Shown: positions 27,062 to 36,804 of the stretch, in pieces
How the letters are laid out: every line of letters begins with the position of its first letter
Numbering within the stretch: the stretch's first letter is position 1
Source of the DNA: a phage
DNA length: 64,000 bases
Strand: one strand, 5' to 3'
Sequence record: PZ386958.1
The notes under the pieces: generated by a model
Told to the model about the DNA's origin: nothing
Seen by the model: only the letters and a program-made list of their open reading frames with translations
Database searches by the model: none
Made by a program: the position numbers and the translations under genes

Positions 27062-27090
27062 AAAATAAGCTATAACACCTGACTTGTCAA
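27062..27090 (-). promoter_or_regulatory. sigma70-like promoter (TTGACA-17-TATTTT) on minus strand
   Basis: Reverse complement reads TTGACA AGTCAGGTGTTATAGCT TATTTT. Confidence 0.4.
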
Positions 27091-27196
27091 CAGATTTTAT
27101 AGCTTATTTGGCAGATTTTTTATAAGGCTACTGCCACCCTTCCATACCAGACCACACCATGCAAAACCAGACTTCACATCACCCGACCGTGCAATA

Positions 27197-27235
27197 CATC
27201 ACTTAAAAACCCTCTTAGAAGACTCTTAAGTGATG
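27197..27235. promoter_or_regulatory. perfect 10-bp inverted repeat (CATCACTTAA N19 TTAAGTGATG), operator or RNA stem candidate
   Basis: Exact reverse-complementary arms at 27197-27206 and 27226-27235. Confidence 0.4.
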
Positions 27236-27236
27236 C

Positions 27237-27278
27237 TGGTGAGTACCCGTTGGTTTATGCTGCTCAGTATACTCACCA
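27237..27278 (-). other. stem-loop (9-bp stem TGGTGAGTA / TACTCACCA, 24-nt loop)
   Basis: Perfect complementarity between 27237-27245 and 27270-27278, downstream of the ligase stop on the minus strand; no U-run, so not called a terminator. Confidence 0.35.
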
Positions 27279-27293
27279 AATTTTCTATGTCAA
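27266..27293 (-). promoter_or_regulatory. sigma70-like promoter (TTGACA-16-TATACT) on minus strand
   Basis: Reverse complement reads TTGACA TAGAAAATTTGGTGAG TATACT. Confidence 0.45.
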
Positions 27294-27299
27294 CAACTT

Positions 27300-28400
27300 T
27301 TATTCATAATCTCGTATAACTAACCCAACAGGGAACTGTAAAGACCCCTTACGAGTCATCTTCTGGAACTGAACCGTTAAAGGTTTCCCGATAAACTCTT
27401 CAGGATGTTCAGCAAGATACTGTTTCTTCTCGTGTGTAGTTTTCCATGAAACATCTACAAAGACGTTAGGAAGAGTCTCTACAACGAACTTACCATGACC
27501 ACGCTTATCAGTCTTTACACCAGTCACTTTAAACTCTTCAGTGTGCATCTTCTTGTGTTTAATCAAGAAGTATGAACGGTGACAACACTCATAGAAGGAG
27601 TCTTCAGAGATTGAACGGTACATTGCACCTTCAAACTGAGCTTCAACCCACTTATCATGGGCTTCATCAAACTCTTCCCAAGAATTTACACGACGAGACT
27701 TAACAGGAACAACTTTACAGCCGTCTCTGAAGTCATTCAATGGTGAAGTCTCAATAATATCTCTACGCTCAGGCCATGTCTTAGTGCTGTCACAGATATC
27801 GTACCAGTAGAACTGGAGTAGATGTCGGTCTGGATTGTCAGCATTCTTAATCATAGACACAATGTCTTCTAAGTCCCAGCCATGAGCATAAATCTCGCCA
27901 TCAAAGTCTTCAACTTGTGGATGTAATTTAAGCAACAAAAGCAAATCTGGGATTAGTTCTGCTGGAACGTTGTAAACAGTATTCTCACGAGAATAAGCCG
28001 TGAAACTAACTGTATCAGCATCTCTTGAAATTCTACAACGGACACCATCAAGTTTTGGTTGAGCATCAGCAGGAAACTTCAGATACTTTGCATGGCTAAC
28101 CTTTGCAGCATCATGAGCAAGCTGTACACCTACCTTCTCAGTATTCTGTGCAGACTCTTTTGTGTAAGCATAGCCTTTGCGGTCAATTTGCTTTTTATAC
28201 TTAGCAGCAACTTCAAAGAGAGCTTGCTGTTCAGCATTACGCTCATTCTTTTTACCGATGTTTTTAGGTTCTGCTGTGTACTCTTCAAACATCATCTTGC
28301 CATTTTCTTTACCGTAGGTTGTAATAACTTTGTCACCTACAGCAACGCATGACCAGACGTTAAAAGAACCATCTTTATTTTGTTTGTACAGTGTTGTCAT
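27300..28400 (-). CDS. ATP-dependent DNA ligase
   Basis: Adenylation motif I KxDG present as QPKLDGVRC; 366 aa, T7-ligase-like size. Confidence 0.8.
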   Translation of the reverse strand: MTTLYKQNKDGSFNVWSCVAVGDKVITTYGKENGKMMFEEYTAEPKNIGKKNERNAEQQALFEVAAKYKKQIDRKGYAYTKESAQNTEKVGVQLAHDAAKVSHAKYLKFPADAQPKLDGVRCRISRDADTVSFTAYSRENTVYNVPAELIPDLLLLLKLHPQVEDFDGEIYAHGWDLEDIVSMIKNADNPDRHLLQFYWYDICDSTKTWPERRDIIETSPLNDFRDGCKVVPVKSRRVNSWEEFDEAHDKWVEAQFEGAMYRSISEDSFYECCHRSYFLIKHKKMHTEEFKVTGVKTDKRGHGKFVVETLPNVFVDVSWKTTHEKKQYLAEHPEEFIGKPLTVQFQKMTRKGSLQFPVGLVIRDYE

Positions 28401-28603
28401 TTTCTCTTACCACCAATCTCTACGTCGATAACTTGAACATCGCCAGCAACATCAAACTTATGAATGATGCTTTCCACAGTGTAAGTACAACCATCAATGC
28501 GAACCAACTCACCTTCTCGTGGGACGATTGGGTTACGTTGAGCTACGGTTGCAGTGGAGTGAATAACATCATAACAGTAGATATAGTTTACTAGGACTTC
28601 CAT
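28397..28603 (-). CDS. hypothetical protein
   Basis: 68 aa ORF, overlapping start/stop with neighbours. Confidence 0.3.
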   Translation of the reverse strand: MEVLVNYIYCYDVIHSTATVAQRNPIVPREGELVRIDGCTYTVESIIHKFDVAGDVQVIDVEIGGKRK

Positions 28604-28612
28604 AGTTTTCCC

Positions 28613-28846
28613 TTAAAAGACTAAGTCAATATCAATACGTTCACCCTTAAGTACTCCAGTACGGTCTTTTGCAATCTTCCCTTCAACAATAAGAATGTGT
28701 GCAGACCTTAAAGTGTCGCTGTTAAAGGCTTTTACGAACTTGCTAGGCATCACTACAATACACATCTCCTGAATCAACTCTGGAGTATAGCAATTGTCGT
28801 GAAGTTGCTGAATAACGTCTGCAAGTGTCATTTTTGATGTCTCCAA
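28613..28846 (-). CDS. hypothetical protein
   Basis: 77 aa ORF. Confidence 0.3.
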   Translation of the reverse strand: METSKMTLADVIQQLHDNCYTPELIQEMCIVVMPSKFVKAFNSDTLRSAHILIVEGKIAKDRTGVLKGERIDIDLVF

Positions 28847-29037
28847 TATTCAATATCTACAAGTTCTTGTGCAATGCTTTTTAGATTACCTTTCAAGAAA
28901 ACCTTCTCAGAACCTGAAAGAGATGAATTGTCAATTAACCTGTTCATTCTCTCAAACAACTTCTGCTTACGGTTCTTGATAGTTTCCTTTGAAGCACCTT
29001 TCATCATCGCTGCATGGGTTCTTCCACGGTGGCTCAT
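28828..29037 (-). CDS. hypothetical protein
   Basis: 69 aa basic ORF downstream of the polymerase. Confidence 0.3.
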   Translation of the reverse strand: MSHRGRTHAAMMKGASKETIKNRKQKLFERMNRLIDNSSLSGSEKVFLKGNLKSIAQELVDIEYWRHQK

Positions 29038-29098
29038 AAGCCCTCCTATACAAGATATAGTATAAGGTACTCTTCCATGAGCACCTTGTCAATACTAA

Positions 29099-29655
29099 TT
29101 AGTGTACCTCATACCAGCTTTTACCAACCTTACCAGTACCTGTAACAAGTGTTTCTTTCTTAAGACCTAAGTTCTTAGAAGCTTGTCCATAATACCAGTC
29201 AGTAACTGCTTTCACTTCTGCCGTCATACTTTCTGGACATTCCCAACTCGTCTCGTCGTGATAGGAGCACAATAAACGAGCACCTATAGCTGGCTTGCGA
29301 CCGTTCAACTTCATCAAACCTTCGTCAATCATACGACGGCAAGCAAGGTTAATTGCTTCATTCTGAACCTGTGCTTCCGAACTCATCAGGAGGTAGTTCA
29401 GTAGTTTATGTGGAGATTTGCACCATATCCATGCTCCAGCGACCCTGATATAACCACCTTTAGCAATTGAAGAGTTCTTCCCGAAAACCTCTTCCAGAGC
29501 CTTTTTAGACGCCTTAAAATCGGCTTCTAAGCTATCAAGTAACTTCTTAATCTTTGGCAGACGCATATAGTAAGTTTGTTTAGTCAATGCACCTTCTTCC
29601 GTAGATGATGCCTTGATAGTTTTTGCAAACTTCTCGTCACCTGCACCGAACAATA
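29099..29655 (-). CDS. DNA polymerase (family A), exon 2
   Basis: Begins with TA completing a Leu codon; encodes LFGAGDEKFAK (distal half of motif B) and the motif C-like HDE (LLCSYHDETSWE); reading frame differs from exon 1. Confidence 0.75.
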
Positions 29656-29923
29656 CATCTGGTCAATACACTCGCAAGGTGTACCAGTTCTCTTATGAAC
29701 TTCTCCGCATTTCTACGGAGTGTCGGACTATATCACGTAGTAGTAATACTACCGTTGCACTTGGGAATGGTCATTAGCTTACCACCCTACTCTACTCAGT
29801 TCATACATTAAGTATGCTTTTCGATAGTCTCTGAACGTTTCTCTTAAGAGGCTTCGCTGCTGATTACCATATCTTTACAGACTTAGGCTTCCAGCAATTC
29901 ACAACGTTTTACATGCGCCACTG
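29656..29923 (-). ncRNA. group I self-splicing intron (ORF-less, 268 nt) interrupting the DNA polymerase gene
   Basis: 5' exon ends in U; internal guide GCGCAU at intron nt 6-11 pairs with exon AUGCGU (6-bp P1 with U-G at the splice site); P-, Q-, R- and S-like elements AATTGCTGGAA, AATCAGCAGCG, GTTCAGAGACTA, GATATAGTCCGAC in canonical order; terminal G; no ORF. Confidence 0.8.
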
Positions 29924-32066
29924 ACGCATAAATGCCATTTTTGGCTTTCTTACGACCTTTTGTAATCTCGTGGAGAAGTTCCTCATCCTGTGTCTCCCTA
30001 CAACGAACAATATCTTCTTCCTTGTTCAGACCAAAGTAAATACTGTTCAGTGTATGCGCATCAGTCCCTGTGTAGACTTCATAGAGGTCGTTCTCAGCAT
30101 CATAACGAAGATACTTGTCAGTTTCTGGATTAAGATACTTATCGAGATGCTTGCAATAGTATCTGCCATCATCCTGTTTAGTGAACTCTACAAACTCTTT
30201 ACCCTCAGTTACTGCTTTAGTGAACTCTTTATCACCCATAAAGTTACAAAGGAGAACTAGCTGGGCTGAGTTCATATCAACGGAGACTACGTTGGTTCCC
30301 TCCTCACAAATCCAAACCTCCCTCATCGGTGCTCCATAGACAGCAGCACCAGACGGTACGTTTACAATGCCATATTGTGTCATACGTCCAGTTGAAGTAC
30401 CAAACACCATTGCACCAGCACTAAGGCGACCATCAGGACGAATCTGGTTCAACCAACCTTTTTCATCATCCTTTGAGTTCTCAATAGTTCTGCGTCGGTG
30501 CATCAAAGTGTAGTATTTAGCAATCTTCTGTCCAAGCTCACCTTCAATCGTATCATAAGATGATTCAGTAAGTTTTGGTGAAGTACGGATTAAGCAAGGC
30601 TCAAGCAAATCTGTGTATTTCTTCACAGACCAGTTATGCTCAATGTACTGTACACCTTCATGTTCAACATAACTCAAACCACACCGCTCAACCATTTCCT
30701 GCCACTTAGGATGTTTTGTAATCATCTTTTTATTGTCTTTGAAACGACAAACTTTGACAGGACGACCATCTGAGTCTTTCTTGTAGTTCCAGTCATCTGG
30801 AATCCAACCAACTGATTTCAAGTAGTCTTTAACAACGGCTACCTGAGTCATACGAGAAACTTCAAACTCAATTGGTGTATATGGTGCATCAATCAAACCT
30901 GTGTAGCGACTTGACTCAAGTTCAAAGTGGTTAACAACGTGGCTGTTATAGTACTTCACAGTCTTGACTGTTTTTACTGGTTTCCAGTCTTTGCATTTTT
31001 TGCCAATCTTTGCATTCAACTCGTTGCAGATTGCACGAGCATCCTTCATTGCTACAAAGCCTTCCTTGTATTCTTCACCAGTTACAGTGTTGGTTGGCGT
31101 ATAGCAATTCCTTTTTTCAATGTTAAAAATCTTTGTAGTTGGCTTACCAAATGGCTTGATTTCATATGTCTGCATCTCACCGTTACGTACCTGCTGACGA
31201 TACTTTGTCTTAGGGTACTTGGTAATTCTCTTCAGTCCATCTGCGTGACCAAATGCTTCAACATACTCATTCCAAGCTTTTGCAAACTCTTCTCCAGTAA
31301 CTTTACCTTTGGTCTTAATAGTTGGAGGTAGATGTGGTTCAACCTCTGAAGCAAGCTCATTAGTCAACTTGTCAAGTTCCTTTACATGGAACTCCATAAG
31401 CTCTTTATCAGCTTTCCAACCATTGATAGCTTGTTGACTCATCCAGAAAGATGTTTCTTTAGCTCGCATGTAGGTTTCATAAGTGTCTATGCCACACTTC
31501 TTAAGCTTGAGATACTCGTTATCAAGTGCCCGTTTAGTTTTGGCGTTAATACGGATATCTTCTACAACACGAGTGAAGATTTCTGCATTCCACACACCCC
31601 AATGCTCAATCTCTGGCTTACGAACACCAACACGAGCACCCCATGCAGCCAAGCCATGAGCACCTTTATAACCCTTTGGAGTTGGTCTATCCATCCACTG
31701 AACACGAGACTGAATAAGAGAATCCTGAAAGAAATTACTCCACGGCTTACATTTTGGATTATCAAAGTTCCATAAATCAGGTGCAATGTGATTGAAAACC
31801 CACCAGTCATAGCCGAGACCATTATGGATGCAAAGACGTTTTGCCTTTAACGCAAATTCAACACCTTCACGTAAGCCGCCCTTGATGTACTTGGTATACT
31901 TGTGACCGAGGATAGGCTCGTCTGTAAAGACCCATACAGGCGGCTCTTCATCGTCAGATTTATAATCTGCGAAAGCCATTACGTGCACTTTAGTGAACTC
32001 AAGGAGTAAACCATCAGTTTCTGTATCACCAACCAAATGTAAGTTTTTAAAATCTACGTTTTCCAT
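29924..32066 (-). CDS. DNA polymerase (family A, with 3'-5' exonuclease), exon 1
   Basis: Exo I motif DTETDGL; motif A VSVDMNSAQL; proximal motif B RKKAKNGIYA; start taken as the ATG at 32066 (MENVDF) preceded by GAGGGAG. Confidence 0.8.
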
Positions 32067-32261
32067 TTTTACTCCCTCTAAAATCATTAACCACATACAT
32101 TACTGCAAAAAATTATAAAAAGCAAGTTGACAATGTACTTGACAAGGTGTTAATCTTTGCGAAGTGGGTTTTTACTTAAAAGGTTACTTAACAGTTTAAC
32201 TATACAGATACTTTAAAACTCTTAAAAGATTATTTAATAGCTTTTAAAAAGCTTTAAAGTA

Positions 32262-32280
32262 TAACGTATAGAATACGTTA
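32262..32280. promoter_or_regulatory. 19-bp palindrome TAACGTAT-AGA-ATACGTTA (operator candidate)
   Basis: Perfect 8-bp arms around a 3-nt centre, about 45 bp upstream of the first + strand gene in the divergent intergenic region. Confidence 0.4.
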
Positions 32281-32323
32281 AGATAAAAGATTAAAACTTA
32301 ATAGTTACTTAAAAGAGGCTTAC

Positions 32324-32746
32324 ATGCAGAAAATGTTTGTTCACCCAGACATAGCTGACTTTGTTAGAGCTTTGCAGAAGTTGGAAGAACTTGACATTGC
32401 TGCTCAACGAGAATATGCTCACCATCACAGGAGAATGGTTGATATACAACATGAAATAGAGTTGTCTGAAAACTATGAAGATGACTTAAAATGCTCTGTG
32501 TTTGAGCATATGAAAGATGTTGCTACAGCTAGACGTAAAGCTAAAGACACAGTTGCTTTACTAGATTCTCTTAAAAAGAGGTTGCAAAGTGGTACAGACC
32601 TGTGTAATCTAGCATCACTGATTAATGATGTTGAAACTTCTTGGGATAGACACTACTATCCACGTTCTGAAAAGACACTTGACTTTTCTTCATCTGAAAA
32701 CTTAAAATGTTCTAGAAAGAAACTTAACCAACTGAGAGAGAAATAA
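32324..32746 (+). CDS. hypothetical protein
   Basis: 140 aa ORF, first gene of the rightward unit. Confidence 0.4.
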   Translation: MQKMFVHPDIADFVRALQKLEELDIAAQREYAHHHRRMVDIQHEIELSENYEDDLKCSVFEHMKDVATARRKAKDTVALLDSLKKRLQSGTDLCNLASLINDVETSWDRHYYPRSEKTLDFSSSENLKCSRKKLNQLREK

Positions 32747-32747
32747 T

Positions 32748-33560
32748 ATGAATATCGATGTAGAAAAGATGCTTGAAGAGAAAGGTATTGACGAAGCGTT
32801 CTTAATCAATGCCGTAGAAAGCATGGCTATGATTCTTCGTGGGAACAACTACACAGAACAGTTTATGCCTGCAAGCTATAACTTGCCTGAAGACAAGTCT
32901 GATAACGGTGCTTTTGCAGAACAGGTTAACATGATGTTGTGTGATAAAACACTTGCTTTAGCATCTATCGTTGTAGGTGTTGATGCTCTTGCAGAGTTCA
33001 TTTTTTATGAGATGCAGAAAAATGACTATATTGCCATGACCTCTGAAGAAAAAGACTCGCTACTGCTCTTAGGTTATGATGAGCTAGTTAACCTATTAAT
33101 TTCGTCAACGAGTGCTGTTATGGCTGCTCTTGAGAAGCGAATGGAAGAGAAGCTGTCACGATATGAAAAGCTTGATTGGGGTGTAGAAGAGTTAAACCCA
33201 CGAATCAAAGAGATTATCCAGCAAACAAAAGATTCTTTGGAAGAAGCTGTGAAAAATGATTCTGTAGCTGACATAGAGCCACTTCAGGTGAAAGTTGCAT
33301 TGATGATTCCAGCCATCTCCACGATGATGAATATCGTTGCACTAATCCAGCTTTCACAGATGATGGGCACAAGCATTGAGTTCATTGAGAGTATGACTTG
33401 TGGTGTGAGTATGCAAGCAATCAATGATGTTCTGGTGAGCATTGGTGCTTCAATCATTGAAGAGAAGCTGCGCATTAACTTTGGTGATGATTTTGTGAAG
33501 CAAATCTCAGCTATGGCTGAAAAAGAGTATTCACAGACTAATACTGACCAACTGCACTAA
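32748..33560 (+). CDS. hypothetical protein
   Basis: 270 aa acidic ORF. Confidence 0.4.
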   Translation: MNIDVEKMLEEKGIDEAFLINAVESMAMILRGNNYTEQFMPASYNLPEDKSDNGAFAEQVNMMLCDKTLALASIVVGVDALAEFIFYEMQKNDYIAMTSEEKDSLLLLGYDELVNLLISSTSAVMAALEKRMEEKLSRYEKLDWGVEELNPRIKEIIQQTKDSLEEAVKNDSVADIEPLQVKVALMIPAISTMMNIVALIQLSQMMGTSIEFIESMTCGVSMQAINDVLVSIGASIIEEKLRINFGDDFVKQISAMAEKEYSQTNTDQLH

Positions 33561-33577
33561 GTCTTTATAAATCTTAC

Positions 33578-33603
33578 AAGCCTCCTTAGTTGGGGGCTTT
33601 TTA
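33578..33603 (+). terminator. rho-independent terminator
   Basis: AAGCCTCC / GGGGGCTT stem (one G-U) followed by TTTT. Confidence 0.5.
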
Positions 33604-33621
33604 GTAATTAATGGAGATAAA

Positions 33622-34365
33622 ATGAGTAATATTATCGCGTTTACTGGAAAGGCACGTTCTGGAAAGGACACCTCTTGTTCTATTGTGAAGAACATCTTAG
33701 AAGATGAATACGGCTATAATGTTGCTGTAATGGCTTATGCAGACAACCTTAAGCTATCTGCATCAAAGATATTTGACCTGACTTGGAATGACCTGTACGG
33801 TGAAACTAAAGAGACTCCACAGGTTTTTGATTTAACATACTCTGAACTTATGCCTAAAGTTACGGAGGCTATCGAGTTCACCTTCAGAGATGAACGTTAC
33901 CATATGGACTTTAAGCTTATGTCAGAGTTAACCGGACGATTAGTCATGGAGCTTAAGAAGGTCGCTAAACCGACTCTATTGACACGTCTAGGGTTTAGTA
34001 AAAAGTATAAATTCTCATCAAGGCAAATTCAACAGATTTGGGGTACTGAAGTCATCCGTAAAGTTATGGGTGACAAATTCTGGGCTAAAGACCTTGAAAA
34101 ACGAATGGCTCGCTTCTTTGAATCTTGTTCACTTATGAATCAAGAGGGTGTTGTTTTAATCAGTGACTTAAGGTTTGACTCTGAAGCTGAGTGGCTGAGT
34201 AGATTTGCACACCAGACTATTGAAGTAAAAAGATACAATGTGGACAAAGTTTCATCACATGTTTCAGAAAATGGGATTTCTACAAAATATGAGCGTGACA
34301 TTATTCATAATAATGGTACTCTTGCAGACCTTGAGAGCAAGCTAAGAGCTATCCTTAAAATTTAA
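33622..34365 (+). CDS. deoxynucleoside monophosphate kinase (T4 gp1-like)
   Basis: N-terminal P-loop variant FTGKARSGKDT resembling T4 dNMP kinase; 247 aa. Confidence 0.6.
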   Translation: MSNIIAFTGKARSGKDTSCSIVKNILEDEYGYNVAVMAYADNLKLSASKIFDLTWNDLYGETKETPQVFDLTYSELMPKVTEAIEFTFRDERYHMDFKLMSELTGRLVMELKKVAKPTLLTRLGFSKKYKFSSRQIQQIWGTEVIRKVMGDKFWAKDLEKRMARFFESCSLMNQEGVVLISDLRFDSEAEWLSRFAHQTIEVKRYNVDKVSSHVSENGISTKYERDIIHNNGTLADLESKLRAILKI

Positions 34366-34373
34366 AAGAGAGA

Positions 34374-34574
34374 ATGAAGATGAGAGTAAAAGACAATTTT
34401 AAAGTTATTGACCACCGTTTAGTGGAACTCTCATCTCTTTCCAATGAGGTAATGATTGAACGTCTTAAGAGAGTTGAATCACGAAGGAAAGAGATTGCAG
34501 ATGAAATTCATGAACTGGACAAGATTGAAAACGGATTGAAGGCAGAACTACAACGAAGAGGTGCTAATGTCTAA
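34374..34574 (+). CDS. hypothetical coiled-coil protein
   Basis: 66 aa ORF. Confidence 0.3.
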   Translation: MKMRVKDNFKVIDHRLVELSSLSNEVMIERLKRVESRRKEIADEIHELDKIENGLKAELQRRGANV

Positions 34575-36552
34575 AGGTCGTAAATTGAAAGAGGCTGGTC
34601 AGTTTATTGGTCATTGTGCATGTCCACGTTGTGGTTCATCAGATGCTGGTTCAATCTACCACCATGACGATGATTCTTATTCGATGACTTGCTTTAGCTG
34701 TAACAAAGGTTTCCCAGAGTGGGATTTTGATAAAGGACAAATCGTGAGCACTTATTCTACTGGTTCAGATAACAAAAGCCGTACTTTCCGTGGAATGGAT
34801 TTAGACGATGTAAAAGAAAACCTAGAAGCAATGGACTTGAAAGATAGGAAGATTCCTGCAAAAGTCCTTGAACGCTTAGGTATCAAGGTTGACATTGACA
34901 GTGACGGTGAAATTGATGCGCACTTCTATCCAACTTACAAACGTAATGAAGATGGTAAGCTAGAACATGTTGGCTACCGTGTTCGTCACCGTTACCCAGA
35001 AGACCATCCAAAAGAGCACCTACGTGGTAAGCTAAAAGACTTTTCTGGTGGTGTTGGGGACATTAAAGGTGAACTGGCAATGTTCGGTTCATGGATTGCT
35101 CCAGAAGGTGGTAACCGTCTATTCATTTGGGAAGGTGAGATGGAATGTGCGACAGCAATCTATATGACTTCTCTTGCGATTAAGGACAAATCTCGTCGTA
35201 AGAATTACTGTCACGTATCTGTTCCATCAGGTGCAAACATTAAGTCTATCAAAGACAACTATCAGTACATCACATCATTTGACGAGATTTACTTGTGTTT
35301 TGATAACGATGAAGCAGGTGCTAAAGCTACCAAAGAAGCTGCTGGTATCCTACCTATTGAGAAGGTTCGTTTATTCCAGTATCCAGAGGGTGTAAAAGAC
35401 CTTAACGAATGGTGGACAAAGTTTTATAAAGAGAAAGATACAGTTCTGGAAGGATTCAAGCAGCGTATCTACAATGCACCTCGTTACTGCCCTGCTGGTA
35501 TCAAGAACTTTGCAGACGGTTTTGAGGCAATGAAGAATCGTGGTCAGATTCCATTGATTCCTTTCCCAGAATCTTTCGGGGATTTGAACAGACTGACTTA
35601 TGGTGGTTACGGTTTAGGCGAGATTACGACTATTGCAGCACCATCTTCAGTAGGTAAGTCAGCTTACACCCGTGAGATGATTTATTCAGCTTGGAAAGAA
35701 ACTGATTATAATATTGGTGTAATTCCTGTAGAAGATACCTATGAAGAGTTGATGGAGATGCTCTGTGCAATCCACCTTAGCAAGCAGATTTCTGAGATTC
35801 CTTATGATGAACGTGATTGGGATGAATTGAAGGTGGCACACGCAGAGCTATCTAAAGGTCGTCGTATCCATATCGTTGACCATCAAGGGGCAATTGACCA
35901 AGATAACCTGCTGGAGTTTGTTGACTATCTTGTTAATAGTTTAGACTGTAAGATTATTATTCTTGACCCTATTACGTTAGCTCTGTCACGTTCTGATACG
36001 GATGAAGAGGAAGTATTGTCTGAACTATTGCGTCGTTGCAAACGCTACCAGTATGCACAGGTAAACGTCTGTCACGTTCGTAAGAGTGCAGGTGGTCAGA
36101 AAGCTAACTCTGAAGGTGGAGATATCTCTGAAGAGGATATTAAGGGTTCTGGTGCGTATTTCCAGATTTCCATGAACAACATTCTGTTAATGCGTAACAA
36201 GGTTGACCCAGACCCTGTTAAGAAAAACTTGACAAAAATCAAGTTAACTAAGTGTCGTCGTCATGGTAAGTCAACAGGTATTGCTGGTCATACTTGGTAC
36301 AATCCAGACACAGGGCGTCTTATCAAAGCTTCTGGGTGTGGTGTTGACATTGATGGTGCAGCAGAAAATATCCGTCAACAGTTTGGTATTGGTGAAGCTG
36401 AAGACCATTATGACGACTCTTTACCTCATTATGAGGATGAAGTGTTTGACCGTGAGACTGGTGAAGTCTATACTGAAGAACAGCGTCAAAGCTCAATGAT
36501 TCCACCTGTATTAAGCGAGGATGCAGATGACTGCCCATTCGAAACTGAGTGA
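34567..36552 (+). CDS. DNA primase-helicase (T7 gp4-like)
   Basis: Zinc ribbon CPRCGSSD ... CFSCNKG, TOPRIM-like acidic core, Walker A APSSVGKSAY of a DnaB-family helicase; start taken at the ATG at 34567. Confidence 0.8.
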   Translation: MSKGRKLKEAGQFIGHCACPRCGSSDAGSIYHHDDDSYSMTCFSCNKGFPEWDFDKGQIVSTYSTGSDNKSRTFRGMDLDDVKENLEAMDLKDRKIPAKVLERLGIKVDIDSDGEIDAHFYPTYKRNEDGKLEHVGYRVRHRYPEDHPKEHLRGKLKDFSGGVGDIKGELAMFGSWIAPEGGNRLFIWEGEMECATAIYMTSLAIKDKSRRKNYCHVSVPSGANIKSIKDNYQYITSFDEIYLCFDNDEAGAKATKEAAGILPIEKVRLFQYPEGVKDLNEWWTKFYKEKDTVLEGFKQRIYNAPRYCPAGIKNFADGFEAMKNRGQIPLIPFPESFGDLNRLTYGGYGLGEITTIAAPSSVGKSAYTREMIYSAWKETDYNIGVIPVEDTYEELMEMLCAIHLSKQISEIPYDERDWDELKVAHAELSKGRRIHIVDHQGAIDQDNLLEFVDYLVNSLDCKIIILDPITLALSRSDTDEEEVLSELLRRCKRYQYAQVNVCHVRKSAGGQKANSEGGDISEEDIKGSGAYFQISMNNILLMRNKVDPDPVKKNLTKIKLTKCRRHGKSTGIAGHTWYNPDTGRLIKASGCGVDIDGAAENIRQQFGIGEAEDHYDDSLPHYEDEVFDRETGEVYTEEQRQSSMIPPVLSEDADDCPFETE

Positions 36553-36622
36553 TAGTTATAAAAGAGAGGGGTTTATACCCTTCTTTGAAGAAAAAAGTTT
36601 AAATAAATTTCAGGAAGAGTGT

Positions 36623-36651
36623 TTGACAAAGATTGATAGGTTCTATAGAAT
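36623..36651 (+). promoter_or_regulatory. sigma70-consensus promoter (TTGACA-17-TAGAAT)
   Basis: TTGACA at 36623-36628, 17-nt spacer, TAGAAT at 36646-36651, in an ORF-poor 250-bp gap. Confidence 0.5.
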
Positions 36652-36804
36652 GCTCCACATGAAATGCGATGGAGAAGTTGAAATAGAACAACAGTTCCAT
36701 CAAAGTATAATTACAGTCATCATTACACTGCCTCAGCATAATATTGGTTGGCTGTTTATAATGAAAGAAAATGTGTTTGAATATCAAGTATATCGGAGAA
36801 TATC

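Noticed and set aside
27018-27299. Possible tRNA or small RNA gene in the 282-bp gap
   Set aside because: No cloverleaf-compatible arrangement or T-loop GTTC motif found by eye; the hairpins lack adjoining U-runs. Kept only as regulatory structure
29623-29811. 62 aa + strand ORF inside the intron region
   Set aside because: Lies antisense within the intron, no RBS; the polymerase strand has no ORF here
29970-31775. Plus-strand ORFs opposite the polymerase exon 1 (29970..30260, 30927..31331, 31386..31775)
   Set aside because: Antisense to a motif-rich polymerase coding region; Leu/Phe-rich shadow translations
29099-32096. Polymerase split into two ORFs read as a pseudogene, sequencing frameshift or two-subunit enzyme
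   Set aside because: The intervening 268 nt has a full set of group I intron elements and precise splice sites that restore motif B, so an intron is the simpler explanation
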